Below, piece by piece: positions 48,364-59,075 of a stretch of DNA of 64,000 bases. The notes under the pieces are model-generated. The model ran no database searches. It was not told where the DNA came from and worked only from the letters and a program-made list of their open reading frames with translations. The stretch is taken from IMG/VR virus record IMGVR_UViG_3300037294_000399, positions 32,308 through 96,307 of that record; one strand, written 5' to 3'. The stretch comes from a virus. The position numbers and the translations under genes are program-made. Numbering within the stretch: position 1 is the stretch's first letter; every line of letters starts with the position of its first letter.

Positions 48364-48672
48364 ATGAATATTCAAATCAACAAAAAATTATTCACATTGA
48401 ACGAAGTATATTCAACGTTAAACCATAGTACTACAAGTGCTTTCTTGAATGAGTTATTCAAAGTACGTACTGAATTACTAGGTGAATTAGATACTACTGA
48501 CCTTATTGTTGATAGTGATGCTAAATTAGATTTAGTTGAACATATTGAATTACAATTGGTTTACATCAACAAAAACATTAGAACCTTTGAAGATGCTTTA
48601 TTATGTTACGAAACCAAAATATATGAGGTAGGAAACATATTAGGTGAAAACACAAAAATCTGGTTAAATTAA
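48364..48672 (+). CDS. hypothetical protein, paralog of 46844
   Basis: sequence similarity; own promoter. Confidence 0.75.
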   Translation: MNIQINKKLFTLNEVYSTLNHSTTSAFLNELFKVRTELLGELDTTDLIVDSDAKLDLVEHIELQLVYINKNIRTFEDALLCYETKIYEVGNILGENTKIWLN

Positions 48673-48751
48673 AAATAAACCAGGAATTATTTGGTAGTTT
48701 AAAATATTATACTTACCTTTGTACCATCATTAACGTTAAAACCAATTTAAG

Positions 48752-49255
48752 ATGAAAAAATTAACTTCAATCGTTGACTGCAAAAACAAAATATTAACTC
48801 TTATGTTCCAAAATGAGAAACACGTAATTGACCTTAGAGAGGGTGACTTACATGATAACTGGAATGCTTTCACTGACAAGAATAGTGAGGTTTGGGATGT
48901 TAATTTCACATGGGAAGACACTACTGGTGAAAAACCATATCTTTCAATCTATCCAGTTCTTCAAAACGAAGACGGTACGTTTCCAGAAAACTCAACTCAA
49001 TGGGATGAAGACATTTCTTTCAAGGTAAAAAAGATTGGTACTCGTGATGAGTATTTTAGAGAAGTAAGATTTGGTTATAGATTTGATTCTTCTTTACCTT
49101 TAAAGTTTGAGGTATTTGATTCAAAAGGTGTTGTTATACTTAAAACTAAAAGTGGTAACAAAGCAAGTGATGAAGCTTATTATCGATTATTACAATTCAA
49201 TGACCAATGTGTTATTGTTGCAACTGATTCCAATGGTGCAACAAGAAAACTTTAA
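48752..49255 (+). CDS. hypothetical protein
   Basis: own promoter. Confidence 0.7.
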   Translation: MKKLTSIVDCKNKILTLMFQNEKHVIDLREGDLHDNWNAFTDKNSEVWDVNFTWEDTTGEKPYLSIYPVLQNEDGTFPENSTQWDEDISFKVKKIGTRDEYFREVRFGYRFDSSLPLKFEVFDSKGVVILKTKSGNKASDEAYYRLLQFNDQCVIVATDSNGATRKL

Positions 49256-49351
49256 ATTATACACTGTAATATTATGATTAAAACAATCGTTTTAATGTTG
49301 TTTATCATTTATTAGCATTAGTACGAATTATTAAACTATAAATAAATCAAG

Positions 49352-49540
49352 ATGATAAAATTAGAACAAAAAGAAAACGAAAAAAGACAAGAGTATTTAG
49401 TTAGATTGGCAATAGCATACATTATTGAGCATACGGGATATGTTGGTGTAGATGATTATTTATTTTATGATGATGCTGAATGTGATGGTTATTGCCTTGC
49501 CGAAGATTTACGGATTGAATTTGACATTGACGAAGATTAG
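49352..49540 (+). CDS. hypothetical protein
   Basis: ATG ORF. Confidence 0.6.
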   Translation: MIKLEQKENEKRQEYLVRLAIAYIIEHTGYVGVDDYLFYDDAECDGYCLAEDLRIEFDIDED

Positions 49541-49948
49541 TATTAATGCTAACGGTTTGTATAAAAAATGTAGGGGTGCTAGATACTATGTTATATAAAA
49601 AAGACTACGTTGAAGACGTTGATTTTGTGAAAGTAACTGAACGTGGCACTTTAAAAAATTGTTTTCCAATATTGAGTAGAAATGAAGATTTTGTTGAACT
49701 TGTGTATGATTTATACGAAGTGATACCGTAGTATTGTACATAACTACTGGATATACGAACTTTTAATTGTATAATATATGAAACTAATTAATAAACTTTA
49801 AAAATATAACAGATGAAAAGTTAAAACTTAATGCTATAGCTATAAAAGAAGAATTTATTTTAGAAATAATAGAAGATTGTCCATTTTAAATTTGGTAGAT
49901 TAAAATATTTTTCCTACCTTTGTAGTCTAATCAATTAAAAATATTATT

Positions 49949-50299
49949 ATGTCAAGATTATCACCAAAAGAATTAGCTGATGCGATAACTGATTTCGTTA
50001 ACTCTAGCAACAAAGAGAAGAATAAAGAGTTTGTCGAAATCTTCTCGTGGCAACACAGAACACTACAACAATCAGCCTTTGGTTTGATGTTGCAGACTAT
50101 CGAACACATGGCATCTGATGAGTACCATACAGACGCTAGAAACGAAGATAGCAAGAAAGTGGCACAAACGCTTATATCTGGTTTTAAAGTGGCTAAAACG
50201 GCTCAATACATTGCCGAGGGAACTTCAGAAGAAAGAGCAAAAGAATACATGGAATTGGATGGCTTCGATAAACCAAGTAGATATTTAGGATGCAAATGA
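49949..50299 (+). CDS. hypothetical protein
   Basis: own promoter; HRTLQQS motif. Confidence 0.7.
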   Translation: MSRLSPKELADAITDFVNSSNKEKNKEFVEIFSWQHRTLQQSAFGLMLQTIEHMASDEYHTDARNEDSKKVAQTLISGFKVAKTAQYIAEGTSEERAKEYMELDGFDKPSRYLGCK

Positions 50300-50378
50300 A
50301 ATGGTGTTCCATTTTGTGTTGGTTAGCTACACTACCATTTATTTTTATAGTTATAAATAATTTTAATACCTTTGCCGT

Positions 50379-50606
50379 ATGAAAACAAAAATAGTAAATA
50401 TCGCCCTTAAAAACGATTTAAAAAAAATCCTTGAAACCCCTACTAAATTTGGTGAGGTTAGCAAAGGTGATGTGAGTGGTTTTTCAATTGAACTTGAAGA
50501 AAAAGACCCACAATCTTTTAGTAGCTACACCTATTATGACTATGAAAAACTACGTGATGCTGACTTTGATGAATTACAAACACTATTAAAGTCAAAAGAT
50601 GTCTAA
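50379..50606 (+). CDS. hypothetical protein
   Basis: ATG just after TACCTTTG. Confidence 0.65.
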   Translation: MKTKIVNIALKNDLKKILETPTKFGEVSKGDVSGFSIELEEKDPQSFSSYTYYDYEKLRDADFDELQTLLKSKDV

Positions 50607-50943
50607 AGTAAAAAGAACATTCCACGTATTTGATGAAGGACTTCACGAATACAGTATTACTGACAAACCCACTAAAAATGGTAGAGTAATATCATTGTTT
50701 CATTCAAATGGTGAGCAATGGACTAGTCATACTCGTGGTGAGTTTATCGTGAAAATAACTGTTACTGGTAACGGTGTTAAGTTTAGTAACAAGATTAACA
50801 AAATGGGTTATGATATTCTACATTCAATGCGTTTGTTGATTAACTACGAACGAGAAACTGACACCAATGGTTACAACAAAATTAAATCACAGGTTTACGA
50901 AACCACACAGGATAGTGTGAATAACCAAAACTTTGAGATATGA
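50599..50943 (+). CDS. hypothetical protein
   Basis: operon packing. Confidence 0.65.
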   Translation: MSKVKRTFHVFDEGLHEYSITDKPTKNGRVISLFHSNGEQWTSHTRGEFIVKITVTGNGVKFSNKINKMGYDILHSMRLLINYERETDTNGYNKIKSQVYETTQDSVNNQNFEI

Positions 50944-51212
50944 GTTCATTAGATAAATACAAGGAATACTTGTTGGAAGAAGAAAAGAGGAAAAAAGCTG
51001 AATTAGATTTGAAAATTTCAAAAGCAAAGTTTTTTTATTTGCTGTTTGAGTTCTGCATATCAGTTGTTGGTTTTTTTATCATTGGTTACCATACCAACCG
51101 TTGGGTGTGCTTAGGATTGTTCCTAGTTTTATGGGGTAACAATATGGGTGTGATAAGAAATATTTTATCACCAAAGAGTAATTCTGCTCGAAAAATTTGG
51201 AAAAGACAATAG
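50940..51212 (+). CDS. membrane protein
   Basis: two TM segments. Confidence 0.6.
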   Translation: MSSLDKYKEYLLEEEKRKKAELDLKISKAKFFYLLFEFCISVVGFFIIGYHTNRWVCLGLFLVLWGNNMGVIRNILSPKSNSARKIWKRQ

Positions 51213-51255
51213 TTTTATTTACCTTTGTAGTATAAATATTAAAAAAAAAAATAAA

Positions 51256-51564
51256 ATGGAAAGTTTATTAGTATTGATTGGTGTGATTGGTTTAACATTA
51301 GGTATCTTATGTTACAACGCATTTGTCTGGGGTTTTATCGCACACACATTGTATGGTTGGTTTATCTTATCGGCATTTGCTGATGCACCACATTTCACAG
51401 TGTTGCAGTTTGTAGGTTTTTCGTTGTTTTTAACAGCAATAAAACCTAGTTTAGGTGTATCGATTAAGAGTGAATATCAAGACAACGGCAAAATGTGGGG
51501 TAAGTTATTACTCACACCATGGTTAGTATTGTTATTTGCGTGGTTTATTAACTTGTTTTTTTAA
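51256..51564 (+). CDS. membrane protein
   Basis: hydrophobic; own promoter. Confidence 0.7.
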   Translation: MESLLVLIGVIGLTLGILCYNAFVWGFIAHTLYGWFILSAFADAPHFTVLQFVGFSLFLTAIKPSLGVSIKSEYQDNGKMWGKLLLTPWLVLLFAWFINLFF

Positions 51565-51637
51565 TATTACTGAAAATAAATTAAAAATAATGACATTATC
51601 TTTTGGTAGTGTCATTTTTATTTTATACCTTTGTACC

Positions 51638-52078
51638 ATGAGTAGAATAGAACACATAGTTAACATTAAAACGGCTACCGTAGAATCTACAGCTGATGTT
51701 ATATTTGTAAATGGTGAAGCCTTTACCTACAAGAACACTGGATTGACCAGACGTGTGTTTGTTAATAAAGACAAAACACTTATTGTCAAAGTACCTATCA
51801 ACAAATATGACCAAAAACACAATGATAATGAAGCGGAACATTGGAATGAATGTACAGAAGACGAACGTAGTCAATTAGCTGAAACAAAACGCTTATACAA
51901 TGGTTATATTCTTCAAGAGTTCTTACAAACACTAGATGATGATACGACACCAGAATGGTTAGGTCGTTCTTTGACTATGAGTGAAATTTCATTTGCTAGT
52001 TCATGTAGAAGCGATGTAGGGTTTGACACCAATGGTGTGTTGAAGTGTTACGATTATGATGAATTTAAACAATACTAG
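51638..52078 (+). CDS. protein-kinase-like fold protein (minimal)
   Basis: G.TR.VF, IVKVP, N..E, ILQE, VG....KCYDY. Confidence 0.5.
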   Translation: MSRIEHIVNIKTATVESTADVIFVNGEAFTYKNTGLTRRVFVNKDKTLIVKVPINKYDQKHNDNEAEHWNECTEDERSQLAETKRLYNGYILQEFLQTLDDDTTPEWLGRSLTMSEISFASSCRSDVGFDTNGVLKCYDYDEFKQY

Positions 52079-52080
52079 AT

Positions 52081-52596
52081 ATGGCAAAAGATTTTGTTAG
52101 ACAATCAATTATTACCAACGTAGGAAACTTTGTTAAAAATATTTCAAATTTAGAACTATATGATTTGGTTAACTTTGTTTGTTATGTACCGAACATAGCA
52201 CCAACACAAAATATTGAAAATGAAACACAACGTAAATTTGTTGACGAGATTTTGGGTACAAATGATTGGGAATTGTACATAAATGATTTGATTAAAAAAC
52301 CATATTTTTTAAGTAGTTCTGGTAGTTTTAGAAGTAACCTAGACCTAATTGAAAAAATATTACATTCAGAAGTATTTTTTAGATTTCAAGAAACTATAAA
52401 ATCAAAGGTAGTTGAAAAACCATTATTTACCAAAGGTGAGAAACAAACGTTGACAGATATACTTGATGAACACAAAGTAATGCTTGAATATCAGTTGGAA
52501 GATGAGAAATCTATTATAGAATCTTGTGGTGATGATAGTGAAGAATTAATAAAGTTAAAGAAAAAACACTTAAAATTTATCAAAAAGTTTGCATAG
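52081..52596 (+). CDS. hypothetical protein
   Basis: operon packing. Confidence 0.65.
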   Translation: MAKDFVRQSIITNVGNFVKNISNLELYDLVNFVCYVPNIAPTQNIENETQRKFVDEILGTNDWELYINDLIKKPYFLSSSGSFRSNLDLIEKILHSEVFFRFQETIKSKVVEKPLFTKGEKQTLTDILDEHKVMLEYQLEDEKSIIESCGDDSEELIKLKKKHLKFIKKFA

Positions 52597-52640
52597 TTCA
52601 AATATTATCATTACTTTTGTCTTAACAAAATAAAAATCCT

Positions 52641-53105
52641 ATGAATATATTTGTCCTTGACAACAACCCAAAAAAATGTGCTAAATACCACGTGGACAAA
52701 CACGTTGTTAAAATGGTCTTGGAGGTCAGCCAATTACTTTGCGGTGTTCATTGGGTTTTAGGTGGTGAAGCACCATACAAACTATCACACAAGAATCACC
52801 CATGTGCCATTTGGTCACGTGAGTGTATTGAGAATTACATTTGGCTATGTGACTTAGGTCTTGAACTATGTACTGAATACACATACCGTTACGAGAAACG
52901 TCACAAGTCACAGGAAATCATCGAGTGGTGCCTACTGAACCAACCAGACTTGCGTGACAATGGTGATATTACCGAGTTCGCTTTGGCTATGCCAGATGAA
53001 TGCAAGGTTGGTAGTGTAGTTGATTCATACAGAGAATATTACATGGCAGAAAAACGTAGTCTAGGAGTTTGGAAGAACAGAGAAATACCAGAATGGTTTA
53101 AATAA
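52641..53105 (+). CDS. pyrimidine-dimer DNA glycosylase (DenV-related) family protein
   Basis: MNIFVLD..P...A.YH.DKHVVKM..E..QLL, H.NHPC.IW, EY..RY.K.H, AMPD, YR.YY. Confidence 0.8.
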   Translation: MNIFVLDNNPKKCAKYHVDKHVVKMVLEVSQLLCGVHWVLGGEAPYKLSHKNHPCAIWSRECIENYIWLCDLGLELCTEYTYRYEKRHKSQEIIEWCLLNQPDLRDNGDITEFALAMPDECKVGSVVDSYREYYMAEKRSLGVWKNREIPEWFK

Positions 53106-53116
53106 AATTATAAAGT

Positions 53117-53476
53117 ATGAGTGTTTGTAAGAAAATATGTAACGAATGTCCGTTCAGTAACAAATCATTAAATGGTTGGTTAGGTAGTTATTCTATCGAA
53201 GATGTAATTAACTTCCAAAGAACTGAAACATCTTTCCCTTGTCACAAAATGATGAGTGAGAATAATATGAACCAAACACAAGCGGATAAGGCTATCAAGA
53301 ATGGTACTATGAAACTTTGTAGAGGTTACGTTGAATCTATGATTAAATCTTGTAAAAGTCCTTTTGGTAATAAGTTACTGGTACAAGCAATTGCCGAAGT
53401 AAAAGCAGAAGGATTGTCAGAGGATTCCATGGCAATATGGGATTTCAAAAAACATCACGAAAAACTTGCACAGTAG
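53117..53476 (+). CDS. Cys/His-rich hypothetical protein
   Basis: C.ECPF, FPCHK, LCRG; similar motif set in 58517. Confidence 0.7.
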   Translation: MSVCKKICNECPFSNKSLNGWLGSYSIEDVINFQRTETSFPCHKMMSENNMNQTQADKAIKNGTMKLCRGYVESMIKSCKSPFGNKLLVQAIAEVKAEGLSEDSMAIWDFKKHHEKLAQ

Positions 53477-53524
53477 AAAATAATTTCATACCTTTGTAAA
53501 CGAAATATAAATAAAAGATTTATT

Positions 53525-53719
53525 ATGACAGCATTAGAAATTATATTAATCATTATTATTTGGGTAATCCTAGGGTTATTCATTTGCCACAAACGAAATT
53601 GGTATGTTGAAGAAGGTACTGATGCTAACTTTGCATGTGTATTTGCTTTAGCTTTAGCACCATTCAATTTTACATTAACTTTCTTTAAGGTTTATCTTAT
53701 TGATAAATGGAAAAACTAA
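53525..53719 (+). CDS. small membrane protein
   Basis: own promoter, two TM. Confidence 0.6.
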   Translation: MTALEIILIIIIWVILGLFICHKRNWYVEEGTDANFACVFALALAPFNFTLTFFKVYLIDKWKN

Positions 53720-54054
53720 AAACAAATAAATTATGAAAAATTACTTTATAAATGTAGCAATATACTACATCTTACTATCTCTAGTGATAGCGTTTATATG
53801 GGTTTTAACTGGCATTACTGGGTTTATAGTTTTACGTATCGTATTGGCTTTAGGTTTAGCTTACTACAACCCTTTGACTGACAAATGGTCATAGTACTAA
53901 CTATATTAGGTGTAATTTTATTCTTCGGAATAGTAAGAGTTATCTTAAGTCCTAGACAAGGATTTTGGGGTAACTTATTCGCTATATGGTGGTTAGACCT
54001 ATTGGTTGGTGTAGTTGAGAATATGTTTGAAAACTTAGACGATTTTACAGACTA

Positions 54055-54303
54055 ATGCAAAAGTATAGAATAGTAACGCAATCAAGACATGACTTCACCA
54101 AAATGACTTGGCACATACAACGCAAAGGTTTTTGGGGTTGGAGAATGGTTAAGTCTAGTGATAATGGTGATTACAATATATTATCATTTGGGTCTTATGT
54201 TGAAGCCGAACATCACATGAAAAAAAATTATTTTGGTGACGGTCACTTGTATCAACCAAAACCAAATGAATATTATTATACACAAGCAACTTATTATATG
54301 TAA
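54055..54303 (+). CDS. hypothetical protein
   Basis: KYRI..IQRKGFWGW. Confidence 0.65.
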   Translation: MQKYRIVTQSRHDFTKMTWHIQRKGFWGWRMVKSSDNGDYNILSFGSYVEAEHHMKKNYFGDGHLYQPKPNEYYYTQATYYM

Positions 54304-54512
54304 ATTATGACAAAAAAACCTTACAACAACAAAGAAATTAGAGAGTAAAGATTACATCAAAAAACAAGTGAGAGCTTGGGTTGAAAGTGAACTAGAACTT
54401 TTGGGTCGAGAAGAAGAAATTAAAAGAGGTGAAATAATTTAAAAATAATTGGTAAAAATTTGGATATATCATTTATTATCTTTACCTTTGTATCATAATT
54501 AAAAATCAAACT

Positions 54513-54833
54513 ATGCAACGCAATAATGAAATCCCGTTTTTTAGTTTTTTCGGTAAAAAAACAAAATCTAGTAAAAATGTTAAAGTTGGTGATATTGGTA
54601 TTTACCACGATATTTTAACTTACTACAACCAAAATGACACTGGTGATGCTGTTAAGCACAATGTGTTTACCAAAGTCAAAGTTCTTGAAGTTTACCAAGA
54701 CTTGGTTGAAGTTGAAGTGTTACACATAGAGATTTCGGAATCAGTTAACCCATGCGTTTCTGAATTGTCGAAAATAAATCTTTCGAGATATGTTAACCCT
54801 AAGAATATTAAATGGCAAATCAGAGAAAATTAA
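54513..54833 (+). CDS. hypothetical protein
   Basis: own promoter. Confidence 0.65.
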   Translation: MQRNNEIPFFSFFGKKTKSSKNVKVGDIGIYHDILTYYNQNDTGDAVKHNVFTKVKVLEVYQDLVEVEVLHIEISESVNPCVSELSKINLSRYVNPKNIKWQIREN

Positions 54834-54868
54834 TAATAAGAAGCTTTTTAGCCTCTTTTTTTGCATAT

Positions 54869-56197
54869 GTGAACTACCCACCCACGCCAGAGGCGATGGG
54901 ATGGGCTTCAAGGGTTAACGCTCCAACTAATGTTGGCAACTTACCTTGATTTTTAAGAGTATGTTCCGTACTCAAGATATTTTTTAAAGCAAAAGATTTT
55001 ATGTTACAAGCGGCATTTACATCACGGTCTAATACAGAATTACATCCTTTACAAGTCCATTCACGGTCTTTTAATTGTAGTTCTTTGTTTATACCACCAC
55101 AGTTACCACAAGTTTTTGATGATGGTGCAAAACGTCCTATTCTTAGGATATTTTTACCATACCAATCAGCTTTGTATTCCAACATAGTTACAAAAGTTGA
55201 CCAACTTACATCATTAATGGCTTGTGCTAAATTGTGGTTCTTAACCATATTTTTTACCGCTAAAGTTTCAAGTGCAATAGTTTGGTTCTCACTAATTAAT
55301 TTACTTGATAGTTTATGTAAAAAATCTTTGCGTTTGTTTACTACCTTTTCATGTAGTTTAGCAAGTTTCTTTTTAGTACGCTTACCTTTGTTCTTTGAAT
55401 ATTTTCGTTGTACATATTTTAATTTATCCTGTGCTTTACGTAAGTATTTATGGTTTTCAATTTCAAGTCCATTGGAAGTAACCAAAAAAGACTTAATTCC
55501 TAAGTCCACCCCAATAGCAGTTTCTTCTTTTATTGCTACTTTTTGTGGAATAATCTCATTAGTATCAACTAATATAGAAGCAAAATATTTACCTGTTGGA
55601 GTAACACTAATAGTTGCACTCTTTATAGTTCCATTAATTGGTCTGTGTAAAACAATTTCAATACCATCTTTAAATTTTGGGATTATCAAAAAGTTGTTTT
55701 CTAAAAGAACATTTTGTGGTACGGCAAAAGATTGTCTGCCTTTATGTTTTGATTTGAATTTAGGGAAACCAGCACCTTTGAAAAATTTCTTAAAAGCAAT
55801 ATCCATATTTTGGATGGACTGTTGTAAGGATTGGCTATTTACTTCTTTCAGCCACCCACATTCTTTTTTAAGTTCAGGGAGTTGTTTGATTAAATCGAAA
55901 GGTGAAAAATTGTGTTTGGAGCCTAAATATGCGGAGTTCTTTGTTTCTAAAGCTAAATTATACACGAATCTGCTACCACCAATATGCTTGGCAATCAACT
56001 CTTTTTGTGAGTTGGTCGGATACAATCTATATTTAAAACCTTTAAGCATATATTATTAAATAGTCTAAATTTTTGTAAAAGTACAATATTTTTTGACAAA
56101 AACGAAAATTTGTTTAAATTTAAAAAACGTAAGTGGAAAAAGGTGTCGCTTACATCCCATCCACGCAAAAGCGATGAATGGGTTTTACGCTCCTTAT
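54869..56197 (-). mobile_element. IS200/IS605-family TnpB-only element inserted inside a promoter
   Basis: right end ...TAGTTCAC, related hairpins at both ends; removal restores TTTGCATAT-ATAAAAAATTAATTG-TACCTTTG. Confidence 0.8.
54874..56049 (-). CDS. tnpB: TnpB RNA-guided nuclease
   Basis: FKYRLYPT HTH, GVDLGIK, IALETL, PSSKTCGNCG, DRDVNAA.NI. Confidence 0.95.
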   Translation of the reverse strand: MLKGFKYRLYPTNSQKELIAKHIGGSRFVYNLALETKNSAYLGSKHNFSPFDLIKQLPELKKECGWLKEVNSQSLQQSIQNMDIAFKKFFKGAGFPKFKSKHKGRQSFAVPQNVLLENNFLIIPKFKDGIEIVLHRPINGTIKSATISVTPTGKYFASILVDTNEIIPQKVAIKEETAIGVDLGIKSFLVTSNGLEIENHKYLRKAQDKLKYVQRKYSKNKGKRTKKKLAKLHEKVVNKRKDFLHKLSSKLISENQTIALETLAVKNMVKNHNLAQAINDVSWSTFVTMLEYKADWYGKNILRIGRFAPSSKTCGNCGGINKELQLKDREWTCKGCNSVLDRDVNAACNIKSFALKNILSTEHTLKNQGKLPTLVGALTLEAHPIASGVGG

Positions 56198-56224
56198 ATA
56201 AAAAATTAATTGTACCTTTGTACT

Positions 56225-56701
56225 ATGAAAGGAATTTTAGACAAATACGATAAAGTAGATAGCGGTTGGATAGTACGTTATAAAGTCAATAGAGATAACC
56301 TTATCGTTTACCAACATGTGATGTTGCACCCAAATCAAACGAACTATGCTGAAATAGATAAAGAAGTCGAGTTCCGCTTTCTAAGTTGTCCTAACTTAGA
56401 TAATGGTGGTGAGTTGGAAGACATGGCTATTATTGATACTGGTGAAGCTAAAAGTATTAGTGAGATAATGGAAAAGTTTAAGGGTAAAACAATGTTCCCA
56501 CAAGCGTTAAAAAGAGCAGAAGAATCTTTAAGAGGTGTTGTATTACCACATGTTAAAAACAACTCTAAAATGTATCACGAAAATGAATTGGGAAAGATTC
56601 TTTTCGATTTTATGATGTTTGACCGTCAAGAAGGAGATACGAGAGGTTCTGTTATCAAAAGGTTTTTATCTGAACTTAAAAATAAAAATAATGAGAAGTA
56701 A
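56225..56701 (+). CDS. hypothetical protein
   Basis: ATG just after TACCTTTG. Confidence 0.65.
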   Translation: MKGILDKYDKVDSGWIVRYKVNRDNLIVYQHVMLHPNQTNYAEIDKEVEFRFLSCPNLDNGGELEDMAIIDTGEAKSISEIMEKFKGKTMFPQALKRAEESLRGVVLPHVKNNSKMYHENELGKILFDFMMFDRQEGDTRGSVIKRFLSELKNKNNEK

Positions 56702-56836
56702 AACAGCACAACGTATTTTATCCGAAACATCAGAAGAAGTGAAAGATAAAGTTAGACTTGAAGGTTATAAACGAGCAAAGAAAATTTGTTGGTTGAAGCG
56801 TTGGTTCCCATTTACTAAAAATTTATTACCAAAAAT

Positions 56837-57247
56837 ATGTTAGAGCTATTATTATTGGACGATGAAGTCCAAAAGAAAACCAAAACTCTTATCGAGTATG
56901 CAGATAACCATGTGGTGTCTTATGATAAAATGGTTGAACTACAACAAAAAGTAGACAGTGAAGAAGCAATCGATGATGCTATCGGGAATAACCCAAACCA
57001 TTCAATTGAATTACCCATGGGGTATCGTGTAGCCTATTCAATAGAAACACACCCTATTGGTGAGTGCAGACATATTTCTGTTTCAGTAAATAATGAAGAA
57101 CCAGAAATTGATAATTTACGTTTTATTCTTGACTTATTCGGTTTTAAATCAAACTTGGAAGATGGTAAATGTTATGCGTATGTGGAAAGCTACACAGTAG
57201 ATGATGTACAATATTCTGCAATAAATGTTATTGAACCTACCTATTAA
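56837..57247 (+). CDS. hypothetical protein
   Basis: YSIE.HP.G.CRHISVSV. Confidence 0.7.
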   Translation: MLELLLLDDEVQKKTKTLIEYADNHVVSYDKMVELQQKVDSEEAIDDAIGNNPNHSIELPMGYRVAYSIETHPIGECRHISVSVNNEEPEIDNLRFILDLFGFKSNLEDGKCYAYVESYTVDDVQYSAINVIEPTY

Positions 57248-57540
57248 TGGTAAAACATGAAACAACCTATTATGAGGATTTCACCATTAAAACTTTTACT
57301 GAATACTCTAATGGGTCAATCACATCTTTTGAAAACTACGATAAAAAAGGCAAATTAATTTATCGTGTTGTAGGTGATTTAGCTGAACAATGGGAATATA
57401 GTAGAGGTAAATTAAGACGATATTCAAACTCAAAGCGTTACTGGATAAGGTATTCATATAAAAAAGGTATGGTACACGTAATAGAAAACGGTGAAACAGG
57501 TATAAGAACTTATGGATACATAGAAAATATAATTTATTAA
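57247..57540 (+). CDS. hypothetical protein
   Basis: operon packing. Confidence 0.6.
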   Translation: MVKHETTYYEDFTIKTFTEYSNGSITSFENYDKKGKLIYRVVGDLAEQWEYSRGKLRRYSNSKRYWIRYSYKKGMVHVIENGETGIRTYGYIENIIY

Positions 57541-57597
57541 AAAATATTTGGATATGTCATTTTTTATCCATACCTTTGTAATCTAATAATCAAAAAC

Positions 57598-57981
57598 ATG
57601 GAAAACGTATTATTCTTACACCAGAAAAACATTCAAAAAATTTCATTGGATTCTCGTCCATCTGAAGAACTAGGTTTTGACTATGATACACATGAAGACT
57701 ACACCGAATTGGGTGAAACCTTATTTTCAGATGCGGGTCTGGTTAACATAGAAAACCTAATCAACAAGTTAACAGAAATGCGTTCGCATGGTGCAACACA
57801 CGTTGCTTGTGACTGGCATTGTGACCACCAAGAATTGGACTTGTATGGTGTTGAATACCGTTTGGCAACGCAAGACGATATCGATGCGTACCACAACAAG
57901 AACAAAAAACAAGTAGAAGATAAAAAACAACGTGAAATTCAGTTGTTGGAAGATAAACTAAAACGCTTGAAAGGTGAGTGA
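57598..57981 (+). CDS. hypothetical protein
   Basis: own promoter. Confidence 0.7.
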   Translation: MENVLFLHQKNIQKISLDSRPSEELGFDYDTHEDYTELGETLFSDAGLVNIENLINKLTEMRSHGATHVACDWHCDHQELDLYGVEYRLATQDDIDAYHNKNKKQVEDKKQREIQLLEDKLKRLKGE

Positions 57982-58279
57982 AGATAGAAACGAATACTTA
58001 GAAAGTGATGGGTTGTATTGGGAATCTGAAAGCCATGAATGGTTTCATGACAAAATATCTACCCAATATGCTAGAAAGAAATCCGAACTATGGGGTTCTG
58101 GAACGCAAAATGATGCACTTGATGTAGCTTGTTTTGTTGTTAGGGATAAAAAAACTGGTGACTACGATAGAGTAATGATGGATTCAAAAACAAGTCAACC
58201 TATCTATGACACAAAATCCTTGGAACAAATGGGTTTTGAAATTGATAAAATGAAAGTACTTAAACGATTTAAAACATAA
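57974..58279 (+). CDS. hypothetical protein
   Basis: operon packing. Confidence 0.65.
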   Translation: MSEDRNEYLESDGLYWESESHEWFHDKISTQYARKKSELWGSGTQNDALDVACFVVRDKKTGDYDRVMMDSKTSQPIYDTKSLEQMGFEIDKMKVLKRFKT

Positions 58280-58281
58280 CT

Positions 58282-58533
58282 ATGAACGAAGACTTAGATT
58301 TACGCTGTAACTTCATTAGCGTTGACCACAAAATAGCAAGAAACTCTTATGGTGACTTTTTTAAGGTTGGTGAACTTGTTGGTCATGAAGAGTTGAATAA
58401 TGAAACTGCTACAATCATGTCCTTTGAATTGGACGAAGAATCTAACGAAGTGAAAGCATGGACTGACAAAGGTTGGTCACATATCGACTTCATCTGCAAA
58501 CTAGAAGAAGAAAAACATGGCGAAACCTTGTAA
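58282..58533 (+). CDS. hypothetical protein
   Basis: operon packing. Confidence 0.65.
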   Translation: MNEDLDLRCNFISVDHKIARNSYGDFFKVGELVGHEELNNETATIMSFELDEESNEVKAWTDKGWSHIDFICKLEEEKHGETL

Positions 58534-58714
58534 AGAATGTCCATGGGTTATTAGAAACCATTTTAACGACAGAATCATTGAACATTCTAAGAACCATAAC
58601 AAACCACACAATTGCCATATGATACCACCAGAAAAAAGAGGTATGCTTTGGGATTGTAAAGAAGAAACTAAATGTGTTGGAAGGCACCTATACGAAAAAG
58701 AAAATGAGCAGTAA
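58517..58714 (+). CDS. small Cys/His-rich protein
   Basis: PCKECPW, HNCH, CVG. Confidence 0.65.
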   Translation: MAKPCKECPWVIRNHFNDRIIEHSKNHNKPHNCHMIPPEKRGMLWDCKEETKCVGRHLYEKENEQ

Positions 58715-59075
58715 ACAAACATATTTCAGAGTATGCCACAAAGATACACTACAAGGTCTTTGGTACGCATTCAATGGTGAGTTTACTGGACTTATCCATA
58801 ATCAGTTTAGCTTTTGTGCTAACACAAATTTAGCTATGGATTTTGATGAAGAAATCGTAGGTTGGTTATCAGCAGTTGAAACGCTAGAAAACTTGTTTTT
58901 TTGGTTTACCGAAAAAGACATTAAAGCATTGCAAAAGCATGGTTGGTTTATCCACGAGTTTGAGGCAGAAGACGTTAAGTTCTATGAGAGGTTCCAACAC
59001 ACCGTAATCAAACAAGATACATCAAAAGTGGTAAAGGTTCACGAACTTATGCTAAACGGTCAAACACGTGAGTAA
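58704..59075 (+). CDS. conserved phage hypothetical protein
   Basis: YFRV...QGLWY..G.F, WLSA. Confidence 0.7.
   Translation: MSSKQTYFRVCHKDTLQGLWYAFNGEFTGLIHNQFSFCANTNLAMDFDEEIVGWLSAVETLENLFFWFTEKDIKALQKHGWFIHEFEAEDVKFYERFQHTVIKQDTSKVVKVHELMLNGQTRE

Noticed and set aside
55001-56059. 352-aa plus-strand ORF
   Set aside because: Antisense shadow of tnpB with no independent motifs.
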